A DNA stretch of 64,000 nucleotides from contig NC_086097.1 in the NCBI RefSeq assembly GCF_963921235.1, forward strand, positions 241,120,001 to 241,184,000, read 5' to 3'. Below, piece by piece: positions 25,920 to 39,145 of this stretch. The notes below the pieces were generated by a model. The model had not been told where the DNA came from and did no database searches. It saw only the letters and a list, made by a program, of their open reading frames with translations. The position numbers and the translations under genes are program-made. Origin of the DNA: Mobula hypostoma. Taxonomy: Eukaryota. Positions within the stretch are counted from its first letter, which is position 1. Each line of letters opens with the position of its first letter.

Positions 25920-27225
25920 GAACATTTGGAGAGGCATAATATGATTAGGAATAGTCAACATGGCTTTGTCAAGGGCAGGTCGTGCCTTACGAGCCTGATT
26001 GAATTTTTTGAGGATGTGACTAAACACATTGATGAAGATAGAGCTGTAGATGTATTATATATGGATTTCGGCAAGGCATTTGATAAGTTACTGCATGCAA
26101 GTCTCATTGAGAAAGTAAGGAGGCATGGGATCCAAGGGGACCTTGCTTTGTGGATCCAGCATTGGCTTGCCTACAGAAGACAACGAGTGGTTGTAGATAG
26201 GTTATATTCTGCATGGAGGTCGGTGACCAGTGGTGTGCCTCAGGGATCTGTTCTGGGACCCCTACTCTTTCTGATTTTTATAAATGACCTGGATGAGGAA
26301 GTGGAGGGATGGGTTAGTAAATTTGCTGATGATACAAAGGTTGGAAGTGTTCTGGATGATGTAGAGGGCTGTCAGAGGTTACAGCGGAACATTGATAGGG
26401 TGCAAAACTGGGCTGAGAAGTGGCAGATGGAGTTCAACCCAGATAAGTGTGAGGTGGTTCATTCTGGTAGGTCAAATATGATGGCAGAATATAGTATTAA
26501 TGGTAAGATTCTTGGCAGTGTGGAGGATTGGAGAGATCTTGGGGTCCATGTCCATAGGATACTCAAAGTTTCTGTACAGGTTGACTGTGTGGTTAAGAAG
26601 GCATATGGTGCATTGGCCTTCATTAACTGTGGGGTTGAGTTCAAGAGCCGGGAGATAATGTTAAAGCTGTATCAGACCTGATCAGACCCCACTTGGAGTA
26701 CTGTGCTCAGTTCTAGTCACCTCACTACAGGAGAGATGTGGAAACTATAGAAAGGGTGCAGAGGAGACTTACAAGGCTGTTGCCTGTATTGGGGAGCATG
26801 CCTTACGAGAATAGGTTGCGTGAATTTGGCCTTTTGTCCTTGGAGCGTCGGAGGATGAGAGGTGACCTGATAGAGGTGTATAAGATGATGAGAGGCATTG
26901 ATCGTGTGGATAGTCAGAGGTTTTTTCCCAGGGCTGAAATGGCTAACGTGAGAGGGCACAGTTTTAAGGTGCTTGGAAGTAGGTACTTCCAAGGGGATAT
27001 CAGAGGTAAGTTTTTCACGCAGAGTGGTGAGTGCATGGAATGGGCTGCTGGCAACTGTGGTAGAGGTGGCAGGGTCTTTTAAGAGGTTCCTGGATAGGTA
27101 CATGGAGCTTAGAAAAATAGAGGGCTATGGGTAACCCTAGGTAATTTCTAAAGTAAGTACATGTTTGGCACAGCATTGTGGGCCGAAGGGCCTGTGTTGT
27201 GCTGTCGTTTTCTATGTTTCTATGT
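25912..27225 (+). mobile_element. CR1 LINE, 5'-truncated; same subfamily as 1-2262
   Basis: 251-aa RT ORF 25926-26681 (SKFADDTK); TTTCTATG tail. Confidence 0.95.
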
Positions 27226-27778
27226 TACTTCCAGCCTGTGCCACATCCCTTTTTTGTCCCTTTCCTTCCTCCCGGCTGCCATCCTTCCCTCACCTGGATT
27301 CTTCTATCATCCGCCACTTCCTGTTTCTTCCCCTCCCCTTACCCTTCCATTCTGGCGTCTACTCCTTCCCTTTCCAGTCGTGACAAAGGGTCTCAGCTCG
27401 AAACGTCAACTCTTTATTCCCCTCCACAGATGCTGCCTGACTTGCTGAGTTCCTTTAGCAATATGTGTGTGACCATTCTTCAGCTTTGTGAGAACAAAAA
27501 AATATATGTTTTTAAACATTGCAGACTGTCGAGGCATCATAGGCTGAGAATTATTACAGCAATCAAATTCAATATTTCAGAATCGACTCTTTGCATTTAG
27601 GCCTGTCACTGTACTGCCTGTAAGAGAACATGATAGAAGCACTTTGCTTTGCAGAAAAGAAATAATCATTATTTTTATCCAAGTGGTTGAACAATTTTGC
27701 AACTTACCCGCTTATTAAGCTGTAGCGTATTTATTCCGCTAACTAGATAAAAATTTAACATGTTACATTCAGTGAATA

Positions 27779-28023
27779 TGGTTGTGCATTTAATATTTCA
27801 GTAATATTTGAGTAATATTGTATATATATGGCTTGATTAAACATTCTTCTTTGCTAAAATAATTGATTACAGGTTATATGTATAAATACATGAATTGCAT
27901 ACATTGTCACATGATACTTGTGTGCCTCACTTAAAGTAAGCACGAGTTGGACCCGCCCACAATCCCGTACTTCCATGTCTTCCTTTGAATTAGTTTATTG
28001 TTTTGTAGTTATAAAACAGAACA
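27779..28023 (+). mobile_element. Solo LTR related to the 3.1-7.5 kb Gypsy
   Basis: TTTAATATTTCAGTAATATTTGAGTAA is the reverse complement of the Gypsy LTR motif; ends ...AACA. A further partial copy lies near 46115-46290 (-). Confidence 0.8.
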
Positions 28024-28563
28024 AGTATGTCACATATCCAGAAATAGAAAATAAAAAATGAGCAATTGACCAGGGCTAGCAGAATCAGAACAATTTTATT
28101 GTCACTGTTGTAAAAGTCTTAGACACATGTATCTATAGCTATATATAGCTAGGGTGTCTAAGACATTCGCACAGACCTGTATTTGTCAACGTGGAGCAGA
28201 GAGTGAGTCTTTAAATCTGGCGGGAATGGTGAGGGTGGAGTGCCACGGGAGGGGTGTGGGACTGGTGGCAGAGAAGGAGCGCTGGGGTGGTGGAGGTGAC
28301 GGGAACGCAGACACACCTGGCTCTGAGACACCAGGCAAGGTCATTTGATTCCAAACAATTGCTTTATTGATAATCACAGAATGTCTTGCTGGTGCATTCT
28401 GCTCCATTCCCTCTTTCCCCACCATGATTCCCCTCTCTCTGTCCCCTTCCCATTTTCAGTCCACAATAGAGATTCATATCAGAAACAGGTTTATCGTCAC
28501 TAACATATGTTATGATTTTTTTGTTTTTCCGGCAGCAGTACAGTGCAATACATAAAATTACTA

Positions 28564-28949
28564 CAGTAGTGTGCAAAAGTCTTAGGCACCATGGATATTT
28601 TTAATATGGTTTCAGATGGTATGACTTCCACAAACCCCTGATCTCAGCTGTCTAGGATTATCTGGAAAGACAGAAGGAATCTGCGGAAGAACTGTGGCAC
28701 GTTCTCCAAGATGCTTGGAACAACCTACCAGCTGATTTTCTTATAAAACCGCATGACAGGGCGATTAAGATGCCATCTTAAAGGCAAAGGGTGGTTACGT
28801 TAAATATTGATTTGAATTAGTTTTTTACTGTTTAGTGTTCTTTATAGTGCATTTTATGAGATTTTAAAACTTTTCATTTCATTATTTTTGAAAGCATATC
28901 CACTTTATGGGATTCTTTGACAAGTGCTTAAGACTTTTGCAGAGTACTG
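28564..28949 (+). mobile_element. Tc1-family deletion derivative
   Basis: TIRs CAGTAGTGTGCAAAAGTCTTAGGCAC / GTGCTTAAGACTTTTGCAGAGTACTG; TA on both sides; transposase C-terminus EELWHVLQDAWNNLP...ILKAKGGYVKY*. Confidence 0.85.
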
Positions 28950-29399
28950 TATACTACAGAAAGAGTGGTCTCTTTTGCATGACTGATATAAATAAAATAA
29001 ATTAGCAGTGCAAAAAGAGAGGAAAATAATGAGGTAGTGTTTGTGGGTTCATGGACCATTCAGAAATCTGATGGTGGAGGAGAAGAAACTGTTTTTACAC
29101 CATTGTGTTCCTTTCAGGTTCCTGTACCACTCCTTGATGGCAGTATTGAGGAGAGGGCATGTCCTGGGTGGTGGGGGTCCTTAATGATGAACGCTGCCTT
29201 TTCGAGCATTTGGAGATGCTGTGAAGACTAGTGCCCATGATGGAGCTGTCTGACTTTACAACCCTCTGCAACTTTTGAACTCAGTCCCATCAATGTGCTA
29301 GCATCTTAGAGTCATACAGCACAACCTCCCATGCATGACTATCCTTAGCCAGACCATGTCTATCCAAATACTTATATATCTGGTCCAGAGGATACTTGT

Positions 29400-31390
29400 A
29401 TATTTTTAGAACCTGTTTTAAACAGCGGAACAACATTGGCTAACCTCCAAACCTCTGGTATTTCCCCTGTCACTAAGGATCTTTTAAATATCTCTGCTAG
29501 GGCCTCAACAATTACTGCACTTGCCTCCCATACAGTCCAAAAGAACACCTTGTTCAGTCCCTCCAGATTTATTTACCCTTATTTGCCTTAGGATAACACC
29601 TCCTCCTCTGTAATTTGTATAGCGTCCATGAAGTTGATACTGTTTTGTCTCACTTCTGTATCCGCCTCCTGAGTAAATACAGATGCGAAGAATTCATTTG
29701 CGATCTCCCCCATCTGCTCTGGTTCTACACTTGGATTACCATTACCATTCTGGTCTTCCAGAGGACCAGTTTTGTCCCTTGCAATCCTTTTGTTCTTATC
29801 ACACCTATAGAATCCCTTATGACTCCCCTTCACCTTGTCTGCGAGAGCAACTATTGTAGGCCGTATCTCGGGTAATAATGAGTTTGAGTACAGAGAGGAA
29901 ATTAAGAACCAGGTGGTATGGTGCAAAGACAGTAACCTATCCCTCAACGTCAGCAAGATGAAAGAATTGGTTGTTGACTTCAGAAGGAGTAGCGGACCGC
30001 ACGACCCAATTTACATCAGTGGTGCGCAAGTGGAACAGGTCAAAAGCTTTAAGTTCCTCAGGGTCAATATCACAAGTGACCTGACTTGGTCCAACCAAGC
30101 AGAGTTCACTGCCAAGAAGGCCCACCAGTGTCTTTACTTGCTGAGAAAACTAAAGAAATTTGGCCTGTCCCCTAAAACCCTCACTAATTTTTATAGATGC
30201 ACCGTAGAAAGCATTCTTCTGGGGTGCATCACACCCTGGTATGGAAGTTGTCCTGTCCAAGACCGAAAGAAGCTGCAGAAGATCGTGAACACGGCGCAGC
30301 ACATCACACAAACCAATCTTCCGTCCATGGATTCACTTTTCACTGCACGCTGTCGGAGCAGTGCTGCCAAGATAATCATGGACACGACCCACCCAGCCAC
30401 CACACTTTTCATCCCTCTTCCCTCCGGGAGAAGGCTCAGGAGCTTGAAGACTCATATGGCCAGATTTCGGAACAGCTTCTTTCCAACTGTGATAAGACTG
30501 CTGAGTAGATCCTGACCCAGATCTGGGCCGTACCCTCCAAATATCCAGACCTGCTTCTCGGTTTTTTTGCACTACCTTACTTTCCATTTTTCTATTTTCT
30601 ATTTATGAATTATAATTTAAATTTTTAACATTTACTGATTTTTTACTATTTTTAATATTTTAAATATTTAATATTTGTAATCCAGGGAGTGGGAAGCGCA
30701 GAGTCAACTATCGCTGTGATGATTGTACGTTCTAGTACCAATTGTTTGGTGACAATAAAGTATAAAGTAAAGTAACTTCATGCCTTCTTTTAGCCTTTCT
30801 GATTTCTTTCTAAGTGTTCTGTTGCATTTCTTGGAGTCCATAGGCACCTCATGTGTTCCTACTTGCCTATACCCACTAAGCACCTCCTTTTTTCTCCTAA
30901 CCAGGGCCCCAATTTCTCTTGAAAACCAAGGTTGTCTACACTTGCTACCTTTACCTTCTACTCTGACAGGCATTTACAAGCTTTGTACTCTCAGAATTTC
31001 ATTTTTGAAGGCTTCTCACTCTCCAAGTACACCTTTGCCAGAAAATAGCCCGTCCCAATCCACACTTGTAAGGTCATTCCTAATACCATCAAAATCGTCT
31101 TACTCCAATTTAGGATCTCAACTCACAGACCAGACCTATCTCTTTTGCATACATTTATTTTGAAAATAATAGCATTGTGGTCACTCGATGCAGTGTTCTC
31201 CCATAAACTTCTGTCACCTGCCCTGTCTCATTCCCTAATCGTAGTTCTAGTATTACATACTCTCTCATTGGGACTTCTAAATATTGATGAAGGAAATTTT
31301 CCCGAACACATTTGACAAAGTCCGTCCCATCTAGTTGTTTTACAGTGTGGCATTCCCAGTCAATATGCGGAAAGTTAAAATCACCTTTCT
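29400..31390 (-). mobile_element. CR1 ORF2 fragment (EN-RT linker) interrupted by Rex
   Basis: GDFNFPHIDW, QPWFSREIG, GPLEDQNG, FASVFT. Confidence 0.85.
29852..30773 (+). mobile_element. Rex/Babar LINE, 5'-truncated, young, open reading frame
   Basis: 226-aa ORF 29835-30515 (LSLNVSKMKELVVDFR, FKFL, LPSGRR); TAAAG tail; AACT at both junctions. Confidence 0.92.
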
Positions 31391-31596
31391 TGTTCATACC
31401 TTTCTCATTCATCTCTTTCTTGTTACTCAGTTCTGTGATTTAATGCACCTTCTGCAAATCAGAATCAAGTTTATTATCACTGACATATGTATGTCATGAA
31501 ATTTGTTGCTTTGCGAGAGCAGTACAATGCAATACAAGTCACAGTAGTAAATGCATTAAACATAAATAACTACTGCAAAAAGAGCAAAATAGTAAG

Positions 31597-32035
31597 CCAA
31601 ACACAAGGAAATCTGCAGACACTGGAAATCCAAAGCAACACCCACAAAATGCTGGAGGAACTCAGCAGGCCAGGCAGCACCTATGGAAAAGAGCACAGTC
31701 TATGTTTTGGGCTGAGACCCTTCGGCACGACTGGAAAGGAAGGGGAGAAGTTGGAGTAAGAAGGTGGGAGGAGGGGAGGAAGAAGTACAAGGTGGCAGGC
31801 GATAGGTGAAACCGGGAGAGGGGGAGGGGCTGAAGTAGAGAGCTGAGAAGTTGATTGGTGGAAGAGATAAAGGGCTGGAATATGATAGGAGACAACAGAA
31901 GTCTGGAAGAAAGGGAAGTGGGGAGGAGCACCGGAGGGAGGTGATGGGCAGTTAAGGAGATAAGATGAGAGAGGGAAACAGGAATGGAGAATGGTGGGGA
32001 GGGGGAGGCGATTATCAGAAGTTCGAGAAATCAAT
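31597..32035 (-). mobile_element. Penelope-like pLTR
   Basis: GCTGGAGGAACTCAGCAGGCCAGGCAGCA end motif, degenerate hammerhead near 31697-31733, purine-rich body. Confidence 0.8.
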
Positions 32036-33394
32036 GCAAAATAGTGAGGTTATGTTCATGGGTTTGTGGTCTGTTCAGAAATATGATAGTGGAAGGGAAG
32101 AAACGGTATCTCTCCACCCGGATGGTGGTACTGAGAAGAGGGCATGTCCTGGATGGTGAAGGTCCTTAATGATGGATGCCGCCTTCTTGAGGAATCACCT
32201 TTTGAAGATAAAAAACATCTTCTTCTCTCTGCGATCCCACTTGCCTCTTTCAGAATCGCCACCAGTTCCCAACCAGCCGAACAAGAGGGCAATGGTTAAA
32301 ACAAAATGGGCACCCCTTCTCTCCTTCTGACACTTGCAGCCAGTCATTGGCATTTTGAGGACATTTTTGATGTGGATTCAGAATGGGGTGAATCACTAAT
32401 AGTGTGAAAATTTATTCACTGCCGATCACAATGGAATAAAAACTCTATCGGGCCACAAAAAGAATAATTTTGAGTTCTCATTTCAAATATGACTTTAAAT
32501 ATAACAGCACCTTTTATAACTGCTTCACAAAGTTCAAGTACATTTACTATCAAGGTATTTGTAAATTAAATTGAGATTATCTGCTTACAGGCAGTCGCAA
32601 AGTAAGGCCAACACCCATTGTGCAGAGAGAGAAAAAAAACATAAATCATGCAAACAATAAAAGCAAACAACGGCGTTGAGAACCAAAATGAGTCCATACT
32701 CCAGGAGTAGGCCCACAGCCTCAGTTTCAGTTCATCACACAGCACAGCAAATCACCGAGAAGCTCACAGATAGAGCGCACGTAGCCGCAATAGCAGATAC
32801 GGAGCACAACAGGCAAAAACAAGCAAACACTTAAATGGTTCGCCACAAACTACATGGGCTGAAGCACCTGTTTCTTCACCGTACTTTTCGATGACTCTAT
32901 GACTATAATTCTCTTCCCTGCTCTTTCAGTTCCTGTTTTTGATGATGTTAATGCTATCACTCACTGTACAGCCTAGCTCCTGCCTCAGGTGAGTGAGATA
33001 GTGAGCTTCAGATCGTAAGGTCAGTCATTAAAGAACATGTTATTGTCATGGGCAGGTTACTTGCCATTGGCAGAAGAGTTCATCGTCATTTTTATATCAT
33101 TTTTTATTTTTATAATTGTTGAATATTATGGTTTTTTGTTGTTGCATGTCACGTCCCAACCAACACTCCACAGCAAATTCTTAATAGATGTAAATCTACA
33201 AGGTCCTTAAGGTTGTTATTGTTGAGGGGTGGTAATGGGAACAAGTTCTCACTACCTATTAAATGCTCCCAATGTCGTGTGCCTCAAATAGCCTCTGACA
33301 AACAAGCTCAGCTCCTGGCTTTCACGTGTGGCTTAGCTTCTAAGTCCGGTGGAATCATTTGTACTGACAGGAGAAGAGGCAAAGCAGGCTACCA

Positions 33395-35465
33395 CCATAG
33401 AAACCATAGAAACCACAGAAACTACAGCACAGAAACAGGCCTTTTGGCCCTTCTTGGCTGTGCCGAACCATTTTCTGCCTAGTCCCACTGACCAGCACTC
33501 GGGCCATATCCCTCCATACACCTCCCATCCATGTATCTGTCCAATTTATTCTTAAACGTTAAAAAAGAACCCGCATTTACCACCTCGTCTGGCAGCTCAT
33601 TCCATACTCCCACCACTCTCTGTGTGAAGAAGCCCCCCCCAGTGTTCCTTTTAAACTTTTCCCCCCTCACCCTTAACCCATGTCCTCTGGTTTTTTTCTC
33701 CCCTTGCCTCAGTGGAAAAAGCCTGCTTGCATTCACTCTATCTATACCCATCATAATTTTATATACCTCTATCAAATCTCCCCTCATTCTTCTACGCTCC
33801 AGGGAATAAAGTCCTAACCTATTCAACCTTTCTCTGTAACTGAGTTTCTCAAGTCCCGGCAACATCTTTGTAAACCTTCTCTGCACTCTTTCAACCTTAT
33901 TTATATCCTTCCTGTAATTTGGTGACCAAAACTGAACACAATACTCCAGATTCGGCCTCACCAATGCCTTATACAACCTCATCATAACATTCCAGCTCTT
34001 ATACTCAATACTTTGATTAATAAAGGCCAATGTACCAAAAGCTCTCTTTACGACCCTATCTACCTGTGATGCTACTTTTAGGGAATTTTGTATCTGTATT
34101 CCCAGATCCCTCTGTTCTACTGCACTCCTCAGTGCCTTACCATTTACCCTGTATGTTCTACCTTGGTTTGTCCTTCCAACGTGCAATACCTCACACTTGT
34201 CAGTATTAAACTCCATCTGCCATTTTTCAGCCCATTTTTCCAGCTGGTCCAAGTCCCTCTGCAGGCTCTGAAAACCTTCCTCACTGTCTACTACACCTCC
34301 AATCTTTGTATCATCAGCAATTTGCTGACCCAATTTACCACATTATCATCCAGATCATTGATATAGATGACAAATAACAATGGACCCAGCACTGATCCCT
34401 GTGGCACACCACTAGTCACAGGCCTCCACTCAGAGAAGCAATTCTCTACCACCACTCTCTGGCTTCTTCCATTGAGCCAATGTCTAATCCAATTTACCAC
34501 TTCTCCATGTATACCTAGCGACTGAATTTTCCTAACTAACCTCCCACGCAGGACCTTGTCAAAGGCCTTACTGAAGTCCATGTAGACAATATCCACTGCC
34601 TTCCTTTCATCCACTTTCCTGGTAACCTCCTCGAAAAACTCCAATAGATTGGTCAAACATGACCTACCACGCACAAAGCCATGTTGACTCTCCCTAATAA
34701 GTCCCTGTCTATCCAAATGCTTGTAGATTCTGTCTCTTAGTACTCCCTCCAAATCTTACCTAATACTGACATTAAATTTACTGGCTTATAATTTCCTGGA
34801 TTACTTTTCGATCCTTTTTTAAACAACAGAACAACATGAGCCACTCTCCAATCCTCTGGCACCTCACCTGTAGACAGCGACATTTTAAATATTTCTGCCA
34901 GGGCCCCTGCAATTTCAACACTAGTCTCCTTCAAGGTCTGAGGGAACTCCCTGTGAGATCCCAGGGATTTATCCACTTTAATTTCCCTCAAGGCAGCAAG
35001 GACCTCCTCCTTTTCGATCTGTACAGATTCCACGATCTCACTACTTATTTCCCTTAATTCCATAGACTTCATGCCAGTTTCCTTAGTAAATACAGATGCA
35101 AAAAACCTACTTAAGATCTCCCCCATTTCCTTTGGTTCCGCACATAGCCGACCACTCTGATCTTCAAGAGGACCAATTTTATCCCTTACAATCCTTTTGC
35201 TCTTAATATATCTGTAAAAGCTCTTTGGATTCTCCTTCACTTTGACTGCCAAGCAAACCTCATGTCTTCTTTTAGCCCTCCTGATTTTTTTCTTAAGTAT
35301 TTTCTTGCTCTTCTTATACTTCTCAAGCACCTGATTTACCCCCTGTTTCCTATACATTTCATACAATTCCCTCTTCTTCTTTATCAGAGTTGCAATATCC
35401 CTTGAGAACCAAGGTTCCTTATTCCTATTCAATTTGCCTTTAATCCTGACAGGAACATACAAACT
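33395..35465 (-). mobile_element. CR1 LINE, 5'-truncated, young
   Basis: ORFs of 272, 153 and 284 aa covering the RT and C-terminus; CCATAGAAA tail. Confidence 0.95.
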
Positions 35466-35664
35466 CACACACACTCCTGGTAAAATTTTCCCTGTTGGTC
35501 TGTTTGAGCCATTACTGTGCCATGCGTTGTATTTGTTTGTTAATCCACCTAGCAAATTTATTATTCTGCCAAACCTGTGGCTTTTCTTCTTACCAAGATA
35601 AGCAATTGGATTGTAGGGGCAGCTGCATTAGCAAGCTACTTTCTACAAGGCGAACGCAGATTAC

Positions 35665-36010
35665 TTTGAAAGGGCTAGATAGAGTGGACATGGAGAGGAT
35701 GATTCAAATAGTGGTCGAGTCTAACACCAGAGGAGACAGCCTCAAAATAGAAGGACGCCCCTTTAGAATAGAGTTGAGGAGGAATTTCTTTAGCCAGAGA
35801 GTGGTGAATCTGTGGAATTCATTGCCAGAGGCGGCTGTGGAAGCCAAGTTATTGGGTATATTTAAAGAGAAAGTTGATATGTTCTTTATTAGTCAGGGTG
35901 TCAATGGTTACAGGGAGAAGGCAAGAGAAGAGAATTGAGCGGGATAATAAATAAGCCATGATGGAATGAAGACCCAATGGGCTAAATGGACTAATTCAGC
36001 TCCTATATCT
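35665..36010 (+). mobile_element. CR1 3' fragment
   Basis: LKGLDRVDMERM...RRNFFSQRVVNLWNSLP. Confidence 0.85.
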
Positions 36011-36740
36011 CGTGGAAGATTTTTCCTCATTCTTTGTCAGCTCATGACCACAGAGTCATACCATTCATGCACTCACAAGTCCACATTGTTCAAATTTGGT
36101 TGAACAATTTGATTGTTCAAATTATTCATGGCAGATGCAATTTAATGTGGATAAATGTGTATTCATGGCAGATGCAATTTAAAGTGGATAAATGTGAGGT
36201 TATCCACTTTGGTGGCAAAAACAGGAAAACAGATTATTATCTTAATGGTGGCCAAATAGGAAAAGGGGAGGTGCGACGAGACCTGGGTGTCATTGTACAC
36301 CAGTCATTGAAAGTGGGTATGCAGGTACAGCAGGCGGTGAAAAAGGCGAATGGTATGCTGGCATTCATAGCAAGAGGATTCGAGTACTGGAGCAGGGAGG
36401 TACTACTGCGGTTGTACAAGGCCTTGGTGAGACCACACCTGGAGTATTGTGTACAGTTTTGGTCCCCTAATCTGAGGAAAGACATTCTTGCCATAGAGGG
36501 AGTACAAAGAAGGTTCACCAGATTGATTCCTGGGATGGCAGAACTTTCATATGATGAAAGACTAGATCGACTAGGCTTATACTCTCTGGAATTTAGAAGA
36601 TTGAGGGGGGATCTTTATGAAACGTATAAAATCCTAAAGGGCAAACAACAGGAATTCTGCAGATGCTGGAAATTCAAGCAACATACATCAAAGTTGCTGG
36701 TGAACGCAGCAGGCCAGGCAGCATCTCTAGGAAGAGGTGC

Positions 36741-36776
36741 AGTCGACGTTTCAGGCCCAGACCCTTCGTCAGGACT
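36741..36776 (-). ncRNA. Minimal type I hammerhead ribozyme motif
   Basis: AGTC-CTGACGA-AGG(GTCTGGG)CCT-GAAAC-GTC-GACT: stem I AGTC/GACT, CUGANGA and GAAA core, GUC triplet. Confidence 0.75.
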
Positions 36777-36826
36777 AACTGAAGGAAGAGTTAGTAAGAG
36801 ATCTCTTACTCACTCTTCCTTCAGTT

Positions 36827-36862
36827 AGTCCTGACGAAGGGTCTCGGCCTGAAACGTCGACT
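36827..36862 (+). ncRNA. Minimal type I hammerhead ribozyme motif
   Basis: AGTC-CTGACGA-AGG(GTCTCGG)CCT-GAAAC-GTC-GACT. Confidence 0.75.
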
Positions 36863-38047
36863 GCACCTCTTCCTAGAGATGCTGCCTGGCCTGCTGCGTT
36901 CACCAGCAACTTTGATGTGAAATCCTAAAGGGATTGGACAGGCTAGATGCAGGAAGATTGTTCCCGATGTTGGGTAAGTCCAGAACGAGGGGTCACAGTT
37001 TGAGGATAAAGGGGAAGCCTTTTAGGACCGAGATTAGGAAAAACTTCTTCACACAGAGAGTGGTGAATCTGTGGAATTCTCTGCCACAGGAAACAGTTGA
37101 GGCCAGTTCATTGGCTATATTTAGGGAGTTAGATATGGCCCTTGTGGCTGAAGGGATCGGGGGTATGGAGGGAAGGCTGGTACAGGGTTCTGAGTTGGAT
37201 GATCAGCCATGATCATAATAAATGGCGGTGCAGGCTCGAAGGGCCAAGTGGCCTACTCCTGCACCTACTTTCTATGTTTCTATGTTTCTACAACAAGTTA
37301 GAAAAATGTTTTTAAGAGATAAAAATGATAGAAAAATCAATGTGTACACTGAAAATACTACAATCCAGGCCATGCCGTCTTCTCTCTATGAGGAATGAGC
37401 AGCAAGTGCAGAGGCCTTAGGTCCCACAACTCTTGGTTTAGGAAGAGTTATTACTCCACAACCATCAGGAGTGGATAACCTCAATCACCTCGACACTGAA
37501 CTGATTCCACAACCTGCAGACTCACTTCCAAACAACTCCAGAACTCAATGTTCACAGTATTATTTAATTCTTTATTTGCATAATTTCTCTTCTTTTACGC
37601 ACTCATCCTTTGATTGGTTGTTGTTATTTGTCAGTCTTTTTATGTATTCTTTTTCATAAATTCTATCATATTTCTTTATTTTCTTGTGAATTCCTGCGAG
37701 AAAATGAATCTCAAGGTAACATATATTTCCTTGATAATAAATTTACTTTGACTTTGACCTTGAAAAAAAAAGTATGCAAGGCTAGAGTGCTACTGGCTGA
37801 AGGCCTTAAATTGAGACAAGATAGGTGGGCACAATGGTTGTTCAAATGATTCTGTTCTGTATTGTTCTATGACTCTCATTCACTGATGTGACCAGCGTGT
37901 AGGTGGAAAATACTGGTAGAAAGACTGGATGCCCCACAGCATTGGGATGTTTTACTGGATCGCGTTGTGTGGGCATAGGATTAAGGCCAGTGTTCTATTT
38001 TATTGGACATCGTTTCCATGATGAAAATGTTTAATGATGTCGCTACG

Positions 38048-38690
38048 ACCACACAAAATGCTGGAGGAACTCAGCAGGTCAGGCAGCATCTGTGGAAACA
38101 AATGAACAGTCGACGTTTCAGGCTGAGATCCTTCATCACGACCAGCAAAGAAAGGGGAAGATTTCAGAATAAGAAAATGAGGGGTGGGTTGGCAGCAGAA
38201 GCTAGTTTCTGATAGGTGAAACCAGGTGGGTGGGGGAGGGGGATGAAGTAAGAAGCTGGGAGGTGATAGGGGGAAGAGGCAAAGGGCTGAAGAAAAAGGA
38301 ATCTGATAGGAAAGGAGAGTGGGTCATGGGAGAAAAGGAAGAAGGAGGGGCACCAGTGGGAGGTGATAGGCAGATGAAAAGAAGATGTAAGGGGCCGGAG
38401 TGGGGAAGTAAAGGAGAGGGAATGGAGAGGGGAAAATATAACCAGGTTGGGGCCTAGGAAGCCTCTAACTGATGTTCATGCCATCAGGCTGGAGGCTACC
38501 TGGACACGATATGGGGTGCTGCTCCCCCCACCTGCGAGTGGCCTCATCGTGGTAGAAGAGGAGGCCATGGACCGACATGTTGGAACTGGAATGGGTATAC
38601 GAAATTCAATGGTTGGCCATCGGGAAATTCCGCTTTTGCAGACGGAGCTGAGGTGCTCAGCAAAGCGATCTCGCAATCTACATCGGTTCT
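38048..38690 (-). mobile_element. Penelope-like element 3' part (GIY-YIG remnant plus pLTR)
   Basis: RDRFAEHLSSVC; degenerate hammerhead near 38107-38143. Confidence 0.82.
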
Positions 38691-39145
38691 CAACATTGCA
38701 GTGAACATAGGTACATGGTAGGCATTAAAATTAAAATGAAATTTGGATAACTCCAAATTGTGACAGATATTGCTTCATATGGAATGAATGTTGGTATTGG
38801 GACTTGGCAACCATTTAGCATGATCTCATGGAGGACATTTGATCGTTCTGGAGCTTCCAAGCAATCTTCATTCATTCTTTTCCTCAATAAGAGTTAATAT
38901 TTTTCTCTTTAATTCCTCTGTCCGTAGATTGCATTCTTGAAGTGACATAGTGAGGCCAGATAGAGGCTGTGGTCTGTGGAAGTCAGATATTAAAGACAAG
39001 GTCGTCTTCTCTGATGTTTATTTCATCCAGTACTGTGTGTCTGCAGACTCTTCCTGTGACTTTAGAGTATGACACAAGTTAGGTAGACAAATTAAAAATA
39101 GACACTGATCAATTAATAGGTAAAACCTAATTGTTTAAGCTTTGA

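Larger units (their letters stand above)
36642..36919. mobile_element. Palindromic Penelope pLTR insert
   Basis: 117-bp arms 36685-36801 and 36802-36918 (2 mismatches); 13-bp TSD AAATCCTAAAGGG at 36629-36641 and 36920-36932. Confidence 0.9.
36123..37290 (+). mobile_element. CR1 LINE 3' part interrupted by a fold-back Penelope insert
   Basis: YKILKG and LDRLDAGRLFP rejoin across the insert; TTTCTATG tail. Confidence 0.92.

Noticed and set aside
27540..27640. Minus-strand acceptor TGTTCTCTTACAG
   Set aside because: Followed by short stop-terminated frames with no recognisable product
36034..36828. 264-aa ORF that looks like a novel fusion protein
   Set aside because: CR1 ORF2 reading through into the non-coding palindromic insert
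38880..39085. Strong-looking + strand acceptor (TTCCTCTGTCCGTAG)
   Set aside because: Stops follow quickly in all three frames and there is no convincing donor
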